From assembly GCA_023954815.1 (NCBI GenBank), contig JAGSHB010000012.1:982-64981 (forward strand): DNA of 64,000 nucleotides, written 5' to 3'. Positions 37,582 through 48,600 of this stretch are shown here, piece by piece. Each line of letters opens with the position of its first letter. Position 1 is the stretch's first letter. The notes under the pieces were generated by a model. It was not told where the DNA came from. It did not search any database and saw nothing but the letters and a program-made list of their open reading frames with translations. The DNA is from Myxococcales bacterium (GTDB lineage: Bacteria; Myxococcota_A; UBA9042). The position numbers and the translations under genes were made by a program.

Positions 37582-39132
37582 CTAGTTCAACCCCAACAGG
37601 GCGGTGATACCGACCGTAATCGTGGGAATCAGGATCGCCGCCGCGACGATGGCGAATAAGCCGCGCTTGGCCAGCTGCATCCGAGTCAGCTTGCTCACGG
37701 CGAAGACGATGGCGCTGGAGTCAGTCGATTGCGGCAAAAGCACAGCCACCGACGAGGCCATGCCGACGCTCAGACAGGACGCGACTGGCGAGACGTTGAT
37801 CTGCTGGGCGGAGACCACGGCCAGGGGGCACAGCACGGCGGCGGTCACAGTGTCGCTGGCAAACTGCGTCATCACTAACGCTGTCACCGTCATCAGCATC
37901 GTCAACCCGATCTGTGACTCGACGCCCAGGCCCTTCACCGCGAGGTGTCCCAGCCACTGCGACAGCCCGGTATCGATGCTCTGGTGGCCCAGGGCGAGAC
38001 CACAGCCGAGCAGGAGCACCACGTCCCAGTTGATGGTCTTGGCCTCATCCCAGGTCAGCAGCGGCTCAGAACGATGTTTCGTCAGTGGATTGCGCTTGCG
38101 ACCGGCCGGCGCCGCAAAGAGCAGCGCGGCCCCCAGCAAGGCGATGACACCGGGCGGCAGCGCTGTGGTCACCGCTCTGGTCGTTGGGCTGTTGAGCCCG
38201 GTAGCGAGCGCCACCAAGCCGGGCAACCACCAGAGCAGCAAGCACAGGGCGATCACCAGGGCTAGCACGGCCTGCCCTCGATCGAGCCCCCACAGCGCGG
38301 GGACGGTATCGGGTAGCCGCAACGCCTTGGTCGTCGGGGAGCGCCGATCCGCTTGCGGCGAGGTACGCAAGTCACCGTGCACGACCTTGACGCCATCGGG
38401 CCCCAGCACCATGCCCGAGAGCGCGAGCCAGAGGCCCATCATCGCAGCCGTCACGGGCAGGGCGACCAGGGTCCAGTGCAGCAGCGGCACGGAGCGGCCG
38501 TCGTACTGTGAAATAGCGGCCAGCGCCACGAGATTGGCTGGCACGCCGACGGCCGTAATCATCCCGCCAATATTGGTACTCCAAGACACCGCCAGCAGCG
38601 CCAAGCGCTCAAAACGCAGACCGAAGCGCTCGGCTTGGTCGCGCACCACAGGCACCAGCATCGACGCCACCGAGCGGTTCGGTGCAAACGACGACAGGAC
38701 GTAGGCCACCACAGAAAAGGCGCGCACCAGGGTCGTGAGGGTCGTGCGACCACGGGGAAAGAGCGCTGCGGCAACGGCGCGGTCGAGTCGGCGACGACTT
38801 GCACCCTCATTGAGAAAGGCCGCACCCAGAAAAAGAAACACCACGGGATTGGCGAAGGGCGCGAACATCTCGTGGGGCGTCGCAACGCCGAGCATCACAC
38901 CGACGGCAGGAGCGGCGAGCGCGGTGATACCGAGCGGCAAAGCTTCGGTCAGCCAGAGGATGAGGGTGCCCGTGATCAGGGCCATGAGCGCCGCGGCCGG
39001 ATGCGACATATTGTCGGGGCGCAGGAGCCACACCACAGCAGCCAAAGCGGGCGCCAAAACCAGGCCAACTCGCCGCCAGCGGGCAGCCAGTTTGAGCTGT
39101 GCAGGGCTCAGAAAACCCTCGATCGCTGGCAT
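37582..39132 (-). CDS. DASS/SLC13 family anion symporter
   Basis: WLTEALP...TAL, PFANPVVFLFLG, IGG..T.VG.P.N, W.....INW.V.LL.G.G.ALG; many TM helices. Confidence 0.85.
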   Translation of the reverse strand: MPAIEGFLSPAQLKLAARWRRVGLVLAPALAAVVWLLRPDNMSHPAAALMALITGTLILWLTEALPLGITALAAPAVGVMLGVATPHEMFAPFANPVVFLFLGAAFLNEGASRRRLDRAVAAALFPRGRTTLTTLVRAFSVVAYVLSSFAPNRSVASMLVPVVRDQAERFGLRFERLALLAVSWSTNIGGMITAVGVPANLVALAAISQYDGRSVPLLHWTLVALPVTAAMMGLWLALSGMVLGPDGVKVVHGDLRTSPQADRRSPTTKALRLPDTVPALWGLDRGQAVLALVIALCLLLWWLPGLVALATGLNSPTTRAVTTALPPGVIALLGAALLFAAPAGRKRNPLTKHRSEPLLTWDEAKTINWDVVLLLGCGLALGHQSIDTGLSQWLGHLAVKGLGVESQIGLTMLMTVTALVMTQFASDTVTAAVLCPLAVVSAQQINVSPVASCLSVGMASSVAVLLPQSTDSSAIVFAVSKLTRMQLAKRGLFAIVAAAILIPTITVGITALLGLN

Positions 39133-39279
39133 GGTGACAACCTCCAGCGGCAGGGTACGGGAGCGGAGATCGGGCGTCGAGATGGGGGGAGAGCGGCGAA
39201 GGTGCTGATGCGGGGCCAGGCGATTGTGATCCCTGTGATGGCGCTATTGCACGCTAACGTGACAGTGCCTACGCGATAG

Positions 39280-39717
39280 CTATGGCGTGTCGAAGCCGCA
39301 CATCTGACAGGGCTTGGGTCCCAGACGATTGGCGTGCAGCCACTCAGGCGGCCGCGGCAACTCACAACGCTCACACGTGAAGAACCGGGCCTTGCGCGCC
39401 ACGATGGCTGCATCGATCAGGTGCTGCATCATGATTTTGGCGGCGCCGAGATCGTCGGGCAGACGGGCCCACGGCAGCGCCACGAGGGTCTCGTCGACGA
39501 GCACGGGCTTGGCACCCCACCACTTCTGCGCGTACAGACCGACGCGCACCGCCGCTGAATTGAGCCGCAACGCCACTAGGCCCGGGTCGCCACCGACCAG
39601 CAGCACACTGCCGCCAGCCGCCGCGATCCGTTCGACAGGCATAGGCAGCAGCGCCTGAATCCAGGGCTCAGCGTTGTCTTGGCCCCACTTCGGCGGATCC
39701 GGCTCGGCGCGTACCAC
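39280..39717 (-). CDS. Hypothetical protein with C-terminal Zn-finger-like motif
   Basis: CERC...PPEWLH...CQMC; GTG start 3 nt after the fadJ stop. Confidence 0.65.
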   Translation of the reverse strand: MVRAEPDPPKWGQDNAEPWIQALLPMPVERIAAAGGSVLLVGGDPGLVALRLNSAAVRVGLYAQKWWGAKPVLVDETLVALPWARLPDDLGAAKIMMQHLIDAAIVARKARFFTCERCELPRPPEWLHANRLGPKPCQMCGFDTP

Positions 39718-39720
39718 CGA

Positions 39721-41931
39721 CTAGCCCTCGTTGCCGTAGAACGTGGCGCCACTGTCGGCCATATCAGCCAAGATCTTCGCCGGGGCGAAACGCTTGCCGT
39801 AGCGCAGCTCGAGCGCACGCAGGCGAGCGGCGACATTGCGCGCGCCGTGACGGTCGACGTAGCGGAAAGGCCCACCTTCGAAGGGCGGGAAGCCGATGCC
39901 GAACACCGCGCCGAGGTCACCGGACTCTGCGTCCATCAAGATGCCTTCTTCCTTGCAGCGCGCTGCCTCATTGGCCAAGGCCAACACCAGGCGCTCTCCC
40001 ATCTCATCGAGATTGGCGACCCGCGTCTCGCGACCGTTGGGCATGTGGTCGTAGACCGACTCGTCGATGACCTTGTGGCCCTTGACCGTCTTCGACTTGC
40101 CGTCCTCGTAGATGAAAAAGCCCTTGTCAGCCTTGCGACCGAGACGCCCCTCTTCCAAGAACTTGGCGATGTTGTCCGGCGGGAACTCCATGTGGCCGCT
40201 GTAGTGCGCCTGCATGGTATCGAGCACCTTCTGGCCGACATCGATGCCCACTTCGTCCATGAGCGTGATGGGTCCGACGGGGAAACCAACACGCGTCGCC
40301 GCTTCGTCGATGTCCTCAATCGCGTAGCCCTCGATCAGCATGAAGGTGGCTTCGACCATGTACGGCGCCAGGACACGCGTGGTGTAAAAACCGGCGCAAT
40401 CCCGCACAACGATGACGTGCTTGCCCATCTTCCGCGACAGCTTGCAGATGGTCTTGGTGACCTCCGGGGACGTCTTGTCGGTGATGATGACCTCGACCAG
40501 CGGCATCTTCTCAACGGGGCTGAAAAAGTGCATGCCGATGACCCGCTCGGGGTGCTTGGCCTTCGCCGCGATCTCTCCGATGGGTAGCGCAGAAGTGTTG
40601 GTCGCGAAGATGGCGTCTTTGCGGGTCACACGCTCGATGTCCGCGATCATCTGATGCTTCAGACCGACCTTTTCGAGCACCGCTTCGATGACCACATCCG
40701 CCTGACCGAAGCCGGCGTAGTCGATGCCGCCGGAGAGCCTGCCCATGCGCTGCTGCACACCACCGGCGTTGTAGCGCTTCCGACGACGGGCCTTGCCGTA
40801 GACCTTCTTGGCGTAACCGAGACTCGTACCGATCGCCTCGTGGCGCAGGTCCTTGAGACGCACGGTCACGCCCTTGTCGGCCAGCACGGTCGCGATGCCG
40901 CTGCCCATGAGCCCCGCGCCGAGCATGCCCACGTGCTGCACATCGCGCGCTTTGACGTCAGCGGTATCGGGACCATCGTTCTTCTTCAGGGTGGTGATGC
41001 AGTGAAACAGGTGCCGCAAGCCCTTGGACTCTGGGGTCAACAGCAGCGAACCAAATGCTTTGGACTCGGCCTCGTAGGTGCCAGCAGCGACCACGTCGAG
41101 GATCTTCAATGGCGCGGGGTAGAGCCCCTTGCTCTGCGACATGACCTTCTTGCGGGCTTCCCGCAGCACAACCATACGACCCAGGGCGTTGCGCTCGAGC
41201 AGCAGCTCCTGCACCTCGGCCTGCATGTCCTGCTTCTTCTCTTTGGGGCCTTTGCCAGCTGCGAGATCGGCGGCCAACTTCTTGGCGGCGCTCATCAGCT
41301 GATTGTGGGGCACCGCGAGATCGGCGAGGCCGAGCTTCACAGCCTTTGCCGGACGGATGTTCTTGCCGGTGAGCATCATGTCGAGCGCACCAGTCAAGCC
41401 GATGAGCTCGGGCAGACGCACCGTACCGCCAGCGCCAGGCAACAGACCCAGCTGCACTTCGGGGAGCGCCAGCTTGGTCTTCGGGTGCAAGCTCACTACG
41501 CGGGCCGTGCAGGCCAACGCCAACTCCAGACCGCCACCGAGGCAATCACCGAAGATCGCGGCGACAGTGGGCACGCCAAAGCTCGCGATACGGTCCATGG
41601 CCTGCTGGCCCTGATGACTCAGCTCGGCGCCGCGCTCCGACGAGGTCACGCCGTTGAGGTCACCGATGTCGGCACCTGCGATGAACCCAGCCTCTTTTCC
41701 AGAGGTGATCACCAGCGAGCGCAGGTTGGCGTCCGCACGGGCTGCCTCAAACACCGTCTCGAACTTGGGCATCAGGTCGACGCTCAACGTGTTGACCTTC
41801 TGGCCAGGCACATCGATGACGATGACGCCAACGCCGTCTGCATCGCTGCCCTCGTAACGCAGGGCCGGGGCCGGCTGCTGAGGAAGTTCCATCTGTTTCG
41901 GGGCTGTGGGCGTGGCCGATTGCAAAGTCAT
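39721..41931 (-). CDS. fadJ: Fatty acid oxidation complex subunit alpha (enoyl-CoA hydratase/3-hydroxyacyl-CoA dehydrogenase)
   Basis: FIAGADI, CLGGGLELALAC, LPEVQLGLLPGAGGT, GAGLMG, ATNTS, GMHFFSPV, GIGFPPF.GGP; GGAGG RBS. Confidence 0.93.
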   Translation of the reverse strand: MTLQSATPTAPKQMELPQQPAPALRYEGSDADGVGVIVIDVPGQKVNTLSVDLMPKFETVFEAARADANLRSLVITSGKEAGFIAGADIGDLNGVTSSERGAELSHQGQQAMDRIASFGVPTVAAIFGDCLGGGLELALACTARVVSLHPKTKLALPEVQLGLLPGAGGTVRLPELIGLTGALDMMLTGKNIRPAKAVKLGLADLAVPHNQLMSAAKKLAADLAAGKGPKEKKQDMQAEVQELLLERNALGRMVVLREARKKVMSQSKGLYPAPLKILDVVAAGTYEAESKAFGSLLLTPESKGLRHLFHCITTLKKNDGPDTADVKARDVQHVGMLGAGLMGSGIATVLADKGVTVRLKDLRHEAIGTSLGYAKKVYGKARRRKRYNAGGVQQRMGRLSGGIDYAGFGQADVVIEAVLEKVGLKHQMIADIERVTRKDAIFATNTSALPIGEIAAKAKHPERVIGMHFFSPVEKMPLVEVIITDKTSPEVTKTICKLSRKMGKHVIVVRDCAGFYTTRVLAPYMVEATFMLIEGYAIEDIDEAATRVGFPVGPITLMDEVGIDVGQKVLDTMQAHYSGHMEFPPDNIAKFLEEGRLGRKADKGFFIYEDGKSKTVKGHKVIDESVYDHMPNGRETRVANLDEMGERLVLALANEAARCKEEGILMDAESGDLGAVFGIGFPPFEGGPFRYVDRHGARNVAARLRALELRYGKRFAPAKILADMADSGATFYGNEG

Positions 41932-42033
41932 GGCAATTCCTCCGTGCGCAAGGTGCGCAGTGGCATCATGTGGGCAGGGCTCGCAGCGCTCATCGTCCGA
42001 AAAATCGGGGCGCTGGCGGGCCAACAGCTACGG

Positions 42034-43494
42034 CTAGCGCGCGCGCTCAAGCACCATGGAGGCACCAAGGCCGCCGGCAGCGCAGACACTCGCGAGACCC
42101 AGCTCTCCGTCCGTGTGCGCCAGGATGTCGAGCATCTGGGTCAGGATGCGGCCGCCAGTAGCGGCGAAAGGATGGCCGTACGCCAACGAACCGCCCCAGA
42201 TATTGAGCTTGCTGCGATCGACTTCACCAACCGCACCGGACAGTCCCAGCTCATCTGAGCAGAACTTGGCGCTGTTCATGAGCTTGATGTTGCTCAGCAC
42301 CTGAGCCGCGAAGGCCTCGTGAATCTCGACCGTGTCGATGTCGCCCAGGGTCACACCGGCTTTCTTGAGCGCACCCGGCACCGAGTAGACGTTGCCGAGC
42401 AGCAGGTTGACCCGTGGGTCGAGCGCGGCGAACTCCCAGCTGCGCACAAAGCCCATCGGCTTGAGACCGAGCTCTTTGGCCTTGGACTCCTTCATCAGCA
42501 ACACGCAGGCAGCACCATCGGTGAGCGCGCTAGACGTCGCGGCGGTGATCGAGCCGTTCTTCCGATCGAACGCCGGCCGCAGACGGGCGAGCTTCGCCGG
42601 ATCCATGCTGCTGCGGATGAGGTTGTCTTCCGTCGCGATGCCCTTCGGCGTCTGCACCGACATCATCTCGCCGGCAACCCAGCCTTCCGTGGTCGCCTTG
42701 TGGGCGTTGGCGTGACTCGCCAGGGCGAATTCTTCCTGATCAGCACGCGCGATCTCGAAGTTCTGCGCCATCAACTCGGCGTGCTGCCCCATGGTCTTGC
42801 CGGTGTAGCGCTCGGCGATCGCAGGCGGCGAGGGCAGCAGATCCAGCGGATTGAGCTGCGCCAACGTCTGGACCATGCTCAGGCCCTTGGCCTTCTGCGC
42901 CTTCTTGAGCACGTCGATGACACGCTTCTTGTGCACCACGGGCGCGTGACTGGTGACATCCACACCGCCGGCCAAAACGACCTCGCGCTCACCCGTTAGG
43001 ATCATCTGCGTAGCGCTGGCGACCGACTGGAGCCCCGTCGCGCAGGCACGGCTGACGGTAAATCCAGGGATCCGGTACTGCGAGAGGTTCAGCGCGATCT
43101 CGCGGGCGACGTTGGGCGCCGTCGGGACCGAAATCACCGTGCCCCAGACGATCTCGTCGAGCTGATCCATCGGAAAATCGAGTCGGAACAGCAGCTCGCG
43201 AGCCACCTGGGTGGAGAGCTCGACCGGATCGACGTCGTTGAGGGTCGACCACGACTTCGCGAATGGAGAGCGCAGACCCGCCACGATCGCCACGCGATCT
43301 ACTTTTGCGGTCGTCTTACGCGTCGCGCGGGGCTTGGTCGCTTTCTTCGGCGCAGCGGCCTTCTTTGGCGCAGCCTTCTTCGGCGCAGCCTTCTTCGGCG
43401 CAGCGGCTTTCTTCTTCGGCGCAGCCTTCTTCTTGGGAGCGGCGGCCTTCGCAGATGCGGCCGGGGTTTCGGTCTTGTCGGTTGGCGTAGCCAT
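42034..43494 (-). CDS. fadI: 3-ketoacyl-CoA thiolase with N-terminal AAPKK-repeat tail
   Basis: NVAREIAL, SRACATG, LTDGA, HEAFAAQ, GHPFAATG, CAAGGLG; GGAGG RBS. Confidence 0.92.
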   Translation of the reverse strand: MATPTDKTETPAASAKAAAPKKKAAPKKKAAAPKKAAPKKAAPKKAAAPKKATKPRATRKTTAKVDRVAIVAGLRSPFAKSWSTLNDVDPVELSTQVARELLFRLDFPMDQLDEIVWGTVISVPTAPNVAREIALNLSQYRIPGFTVSRACATGLQSVASATQMILTGEREVVLAGGVDVTSHAPVVHKKRVIDVLKKAQKAKGLSMVQTLAQLNPLDLLPSPPAIAERYTGKTMGQHAELMAQNFEIARADQEEFALASHANAHKATTEGWVAGEMMSVQTPKGIATEDNLIRSSMDPAKLARLRPAFDRKNGSITAATSSALTDGAACVLLMKESKAKELGLKPMGFVRSWEFAALDPRVNLLLGNVYSVPGALKKAGVTLGDIDTVEIHEAFAAQVLSNIKLMNSAKFCSDELGLSGAVGEVDRSKLNIWGGSLAYGHPFAATGGRILTQMLDILAHTDGELGLASVCAAGGLGASMVLERAR

Positions 43495-43723
43495 CAGAAC
43501 CTCCAGCACGGAAATCTCGTGCGCAGGTGGTTCTGACGTTTTTGACGCACTGTGTCAAGACGCGTTAGAGCCGTGCCTTCCTAAGGTTGCGAGCCCTCAG
43601 CGACTATCGGTTCGCGATCGCGTCATCATTTTGTGTCGACAGCGGCCAGAACCACCCCAAAACGACCAACGGGCCCGGGACTTGAAAAGGTCCACGGGCC
43701 CGCCAGTTCGTTGTCAATTGCGA

Positions 43724-45274
43724 CTACCGACCCGGACGGGGTGGCGCGGTCGCGATCTTGAAGAGCACGCGCTCATTGGCCTTCTTGGCCTTGCGACCAC
43801 GACCCTTCGCGACGGGCTCCTCGCCACCGTGCGGCACGATGACGAAGCGATTCGCGTCGATGCCAGCGTCCACGTAGAAGGCAACGATCGCCTTGGCGCG
43901 CTTCTCGGACAGCTTCTTCAACTTCTTCGCCCTGCCACGTGTGTGCGTGTGCACGTGGACCTCGATCTTCAGATCTTCGCGCTCGAGCAACAACTCCAAC
44001 AGCGACTCGAGGACCTTGTTGGCCGACTTATTGAGCTTGGCGCGGCGGAACTTCAGCCCCTTGACCGGACCACTGAACATCGGAGCGATGTGCGCTGGCA
44101 TGTTCTCGGGGCAGCCGTCGTCGTCCTTGAAGTTGTTCTTGTCTTCAGCCTTGTTCGGGCATTTGTCCTTCGCATCGGGGATGCCGTCGCCGTCGTTGTC
44201 GGGGTCGGGGCAACCATCGGTGTCCTGGTAGCGATCGCGATCTTCAGCCTTGTTCGGGCAGCGATCTTTCGCGTCCGGCACACCATCGCGATCGTTATCC
44301 AGATCGGGGCAACCGTCTGAGTCCTTGAAGCCGTCCTTGTCCTCGGCCTTGTTCGGGCACTTGTCCTTCGCGTCAGGGACGCCGTCACCGTCATTGTCGA
44401 GGTCGGGGCAGCCATCGTTGTCCTTGAAGCCGTCCTTGTCTTCTTTGGCGTTCGGGCAACGATCGGCGTTGTCCGGTACGCCATCGGCGTCGTTGTCGAT
44501 CTCTGGGCAACCGTCAGTGTCCTGGAAGCCGTCACGATCTTCTGGGCGCTTGGGGCATTTATCCTTGTCGTCTGGTACGCCGTCGCCATCCGTGTCTTGG
44601 TCCGGTCCACCAAATGCGTAGGACAAGCCAATGGATACTTCGAAGTTCTGTGCAGCGCCGTGCTCGATCTTGGGCTGGTCTTCAAGGGGCTTGCCGGCAG
44701 CGTCACGCTCGAATTCATCCGGCCGAGCGGAGCTGACGATCCAGCGTGCGTCGAGGCGGGCGAAGAGGCGAAATCCAAGCTGATACTGCGCGCCCACACC
44801 GACCAACAAAGCGTCGTCGGTGTCGACTGGCTCAACGTATTTCTTGGCGGCCTTGAGCTCCTTTGCCGTCTTGCCTGTCGACAGGCGCATCTGGCCGTAG
44901 CCAGCCGTCACGAAGGGGCGGAGCGCCTGCCCTGGCATCAGGGTGTAGCGCGCGAGCAGGCGGTAGTTGTGCAGGGTCGCTTCCTGGACTGGCGCCCGCG
45001 GCAGCTCGGTCGAGGTCATGGCGTATTCGGCGTCGAGCGACACGGTCTCGATCAGCGGGTAGCTCACCCGTAATCCCATGAGCAGACCGCCCTTTGGAAT
45101 GTCGTCGGGGAAGTGGGCGTTGCCGAGGCCGTTGACCTCATCGAGGCTCAGGAAGCCCAAGGTGACGCCGACCTGCGCCCGACGGGCCCAAGGCTGTTTC
45201 GCCTCGGCGAATCCAGGCGCGATGAGCACGACCACCGCGAGTGCGGCGAGCAGCGATTTGGTGGCGTGAATCAT
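43724..45274 (-). CDS. OmpA-family outer membrane protein with TSP3-like Ca-binding repeats
   Basis: Signal peptide, beta-barrel region, five 33-aa DxDxDGVPD..D.CP...ED.D...D.DGCP units, OmpA-C-like LS.KRA...N.RV. Confidence 0.9.
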   Translation of the reverse strand: MIHATKSLLAALAVVVLIAPGFAEAKQPWARRAQVGVTLGFLSLDEVNGLGNAHFPDDIPKGGLLMGLRVSYPLIETVSLDAEYAMTSTELPRAPVQEATLHNYRLLARYTLMPGQALRPFVTAGYGQMRLSTGKTAKELKAAKKYVEPVDTDDALLVGVGAQYQLGFRLFARLDARWIVSSARPDEFERDAAGKPLEDQPKIEHGAAQNFEVSIGLSYAFGGPDQDTDGDGVPDDKDKCPKRPEDRDGFQDTDGCPEIDNDADGVPDNADRCPNAKEDKDGFKDNDGCPDLDNDGDGVPDAKDKCPNKAEDKDGFKDSDGCPDLDNDRDGVPDAKDRCPNKAEDRDRYQDTDGCPDPDNDGDGIPDAKDKCPNKAEDKNNFKDDDGCPENMPAHIAPMFSGPVKGLKFRRAKLNKSANKVLESLLELLLEREDLKIEVHVHTHTRGRAKKLKKLSEKRAKAIVAFYVDAGIDANRFVIVPHGGEEPVAKGRGRKAKKANERVLFKIATAPPRPGR

Positions 45275-45657
45275 GCGGCGAACTCCAGCGATGAGGTTTC
45301 CGCGACAGGACTGCATCTGAGATGAGCAGAGACGTTCGCGGTGGCCTACCGTACCCCACCTTCACGGGACCAGCCAAGCCCCCCCCGAGTCGTCGTTCAA
45401 CGACCTAATTTTCCAGCCAGACCGGCGAGCGCTTCGTAGACGTGCAGGTGTCGGGTGTCCATGCGACATGCGTCACCGACCCCATCGCGCAGCATCTGTG
45501 ACGAGCGCGCCGTGTGAGGTCAAACGGGATGACCGCAATCATGAAGATAGGTGAGGTCCGCGTTTACCGAGCCCATCGAACCGAGCGCTCGATCGCTTGT
45601 GGCCCGCGCGTCATCTGCCCTTCCTGTCGGTCTGTTGGTTCTGGTAGCTTCTGGGCT

Positions 45658-48600
45658 ATGAATCGGCCCCGTTCCAACACCGTGCACAAATCTATGAGCT
45701 GCCGGCTCGCTGTATCGCGGCTGTGTTGGCTGCTGCTGCTGCTGGGCATCATGTCAGGTTGTGCGTCTCCGGGCTCGGAGGAGGTGGCCAGAGACGCTGG
45801 CGCCGCCGACGCAGCTGCCACAGATGCAGCCGGTGGGCTCGACGCAGATCAACCCCCCGGGGGCGACGCCGTTGGTGACCAATCAGACGGCACCGCGACA
45901 CCTGTCGTCAGCAAGCCGTTGATTCTGACCGTCGCCCCGGAGACAGGCTCCTCGTCTGGATTGACCGAGGTCGAGATCACTGGGATCGGCCTGGGCACCG
46001 CTATCGGGGTCTATTTCGACGAATCCCCAGGCATCGATCTGCAAGTGCTCGATGACTACACGCTGCGTGTACAGAGTCCGCCTCGGAAACCGGGATTTGT
46101 CGATGTGACGGTGCGGATTACCGATCTCGAGGGCAACGCCTCGGAGATCTCGCTGCCACTGAGCTTTCGCTACCTGGCCGATGTGCAAGTTCATAGCGTC
46201 TCGCCCAAGGCGGGCCCCCACAACGGCGGCTCCCTGGTGACGGTGACCGGCAACGGGTTCACGCCGACAACGGCCTTCATTTTCGGTGACCGCCTCGCGA
46301 TCGACCCCCTAGTGCTCGACGAGTTCACGGCATCGATGCACACGCCGCCAGGTCCGGTGGGCAGGGTCGCGGTGAGCGCAGGCAACGCAGACGGCGCCGC
46401 GACCTTGAAGAACGCGTATGAGTATACCGGCGCATCGACCTTGAAGTGGGTGGCGCCAGCCACGAGTCCAATCGGTGGCGGAACGACCTTGCGTGTCCAT
46501 GGCACGGCGCTGGGTGGTACCGGCAGCGCGGTGAGCATTATGGCCCCGTCAAAAACCGACCAGAACAAGCTAAAACCCTACAACGCTGGGATTTTGGCTG
46601 TCGCAAAGGATGGTTCGTGGCTCGACATCAAGGCGCCAGCGATCATGAGTTCCGGCGCATTCGATCTGGTCTACACGCGCAAGGGCAAAGCGCTGACACT
46701 GGCCAAGGGGGTCACGTATATCGGCGCGACCGACCCAGCCACGGGCAAGCAATGGAACAATGCCGTGGTGGGCCTGTCGCCCGCGAGCGCCCCGGTTAAT
46801 GTGGCCAAGGACGTCGCTATTGTCGTTGTGGGCCCAATCGCACGGCAGACCAACGGCCAAGTCGAAGTCCGGTTGTCGAGTTCCAAGGTTCCGGTGCTCT
46901 GGCATGACGTGGGCACCCAGGGACCGGGGCAGCAAAGCGCGACCATTGTGGTGCGGCTCGGCCCTGCCACTTGGACGGTCCTACCCACCAAGGCCAGCAT
47001 TCGCGTGGACGTAGGCTACGAAGACGCGACAGGTGTGGGTGCGTTCACATGGCTGCCGCCTATCCCGAAGATCGTCAAGGTGACCCCGAGCCTACTGAGT
47101 ACGGCTGGCGGCAGTCCGTTCACGGTGCATTGGGGGCCCAAAGCTGTCGGTTTTGGGGCCGTGGTTGGCGTCCGCATCGGCGCGCTGTTTGCGACCAGCA
47201 TCAACCCGGGCCTGCCGAGCAAACACGCCGCAATGACGGTCTCCGGCCTGGCACCCAAGGGCAGTCCTGGGCCTGCCGATGTGCAGCTGATCTTGGGCAA
47301 TGGCACCGCGATTGCGGCCAATGCCGTCCAATTTGGCGGCGGTGTTCCCAAGGTGGCGGCGATCACGCCCGGGCGCGGTGCGGTCGCTGGCGGCAGTTTG
47401 GTCGATCTCATCGGTTCGGGGCTGAGCGACCTCGATCGCGTGTTCATCGGCGACAAGCAGGTCAAAGACTTGAAGGTCATCCATCCGGGACTAGCGCGAT
47501 TTCGGACGCCGCCCGGCAAGCCAGGGCCCGCGACTCTGATGGCGCGGTACACCAATGGAAACCAGCAGACGCTCGCGCAGGCCTACATCTACTTCGATCC
47601 GGTGGCAGGCAACTACGGCACTTGGGGTGAGCCCATCGACCGGGACGTCAATGTCACGGTGATGCAGAGCAATATGGGCGGCGGACGGGTGCCCGATGCG
47701 ACGGTCGTGGTCGAGCGCGGGGAACAGGTCTGGACAGGTGTGACCGACAAGAACGGCCAAGTGGTGATCAGCGCACCGAATCTGACGGGCCCGGTCACCG
47801 TCTCGGCAGCCAAGCCCGGCTACACGGCCGCCTCCGTCGTCAAGGTCGGCGTGCGCAACGTCACGGTGCGCTTGCGCAAAGCGACAGCGCCCCCGCCGAG
47901 CAGCGGGACTGGGGAGCCCCCGCCGGGAAACAAGCCCGATCCGTTCCCAGACGGTGTGATCAACGGCACGGTCAGCAATTCAGCCAAGTACACTCAGCTA
48001 CCAATGGGCGACTGCAAGACACAGCCCGCGGTCGGCGGCAACTGCAAACCCTGCACCACGGCAAAGGAGTGTTTCGCCGGACAAACCTGCGAGTTGCTCC
48101 GGGACCCCCTGCAAGGGTTCGACCTCGGGGCAGGCGGCAACGCCATTCCAGGCGCGACCCCGGTCACACAGACAAACGCCGATCCGCAGCGCTATTGCAT
48201 GAGCGACTGCCTCAAAGACACGGATTGTCCTGGTGATTTCGAATGCCGCGCAATCGGTCTGACCACCGGCGCGCCCCTGTATCGCTGTACGCCGCGCATC
48301 GGCTTTGCTCAGACGCGATGTGAGACTAGCTCGCCGTCCATGTGGGGTGGAAACCCAAAGCCAGGAGCGGGATTCATCGCCAATGACGCGGGCAAGTTTA
48401 GTATCGCCAGCCGTCTCGGAGATGTCGCCGTCTATTGCCGGTCGGGCTACGTCGAGAAGGGCTCTGGGCAGTTCATCCCTCTGATGTTGGGCGTCACGCG
48501 GGGCATCCACGTGCTGCCCGGCGCGACCGTCAACGATGTGAAAGTCACCCTAACGACCCCGATGACCCGAACAGTTCGCGTACGTCTCGACCGCATCCCC

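Noticed and set aside
44100-44600. 99-bp periodic repeats (and 108-bp repeats at about 62530-63520) as CRISPR or DNA repeat arrays
   Set aside because: In-frame protein-coding TSP3-type repeats with synonymous variation; no repeat-spacer structure or cas genes
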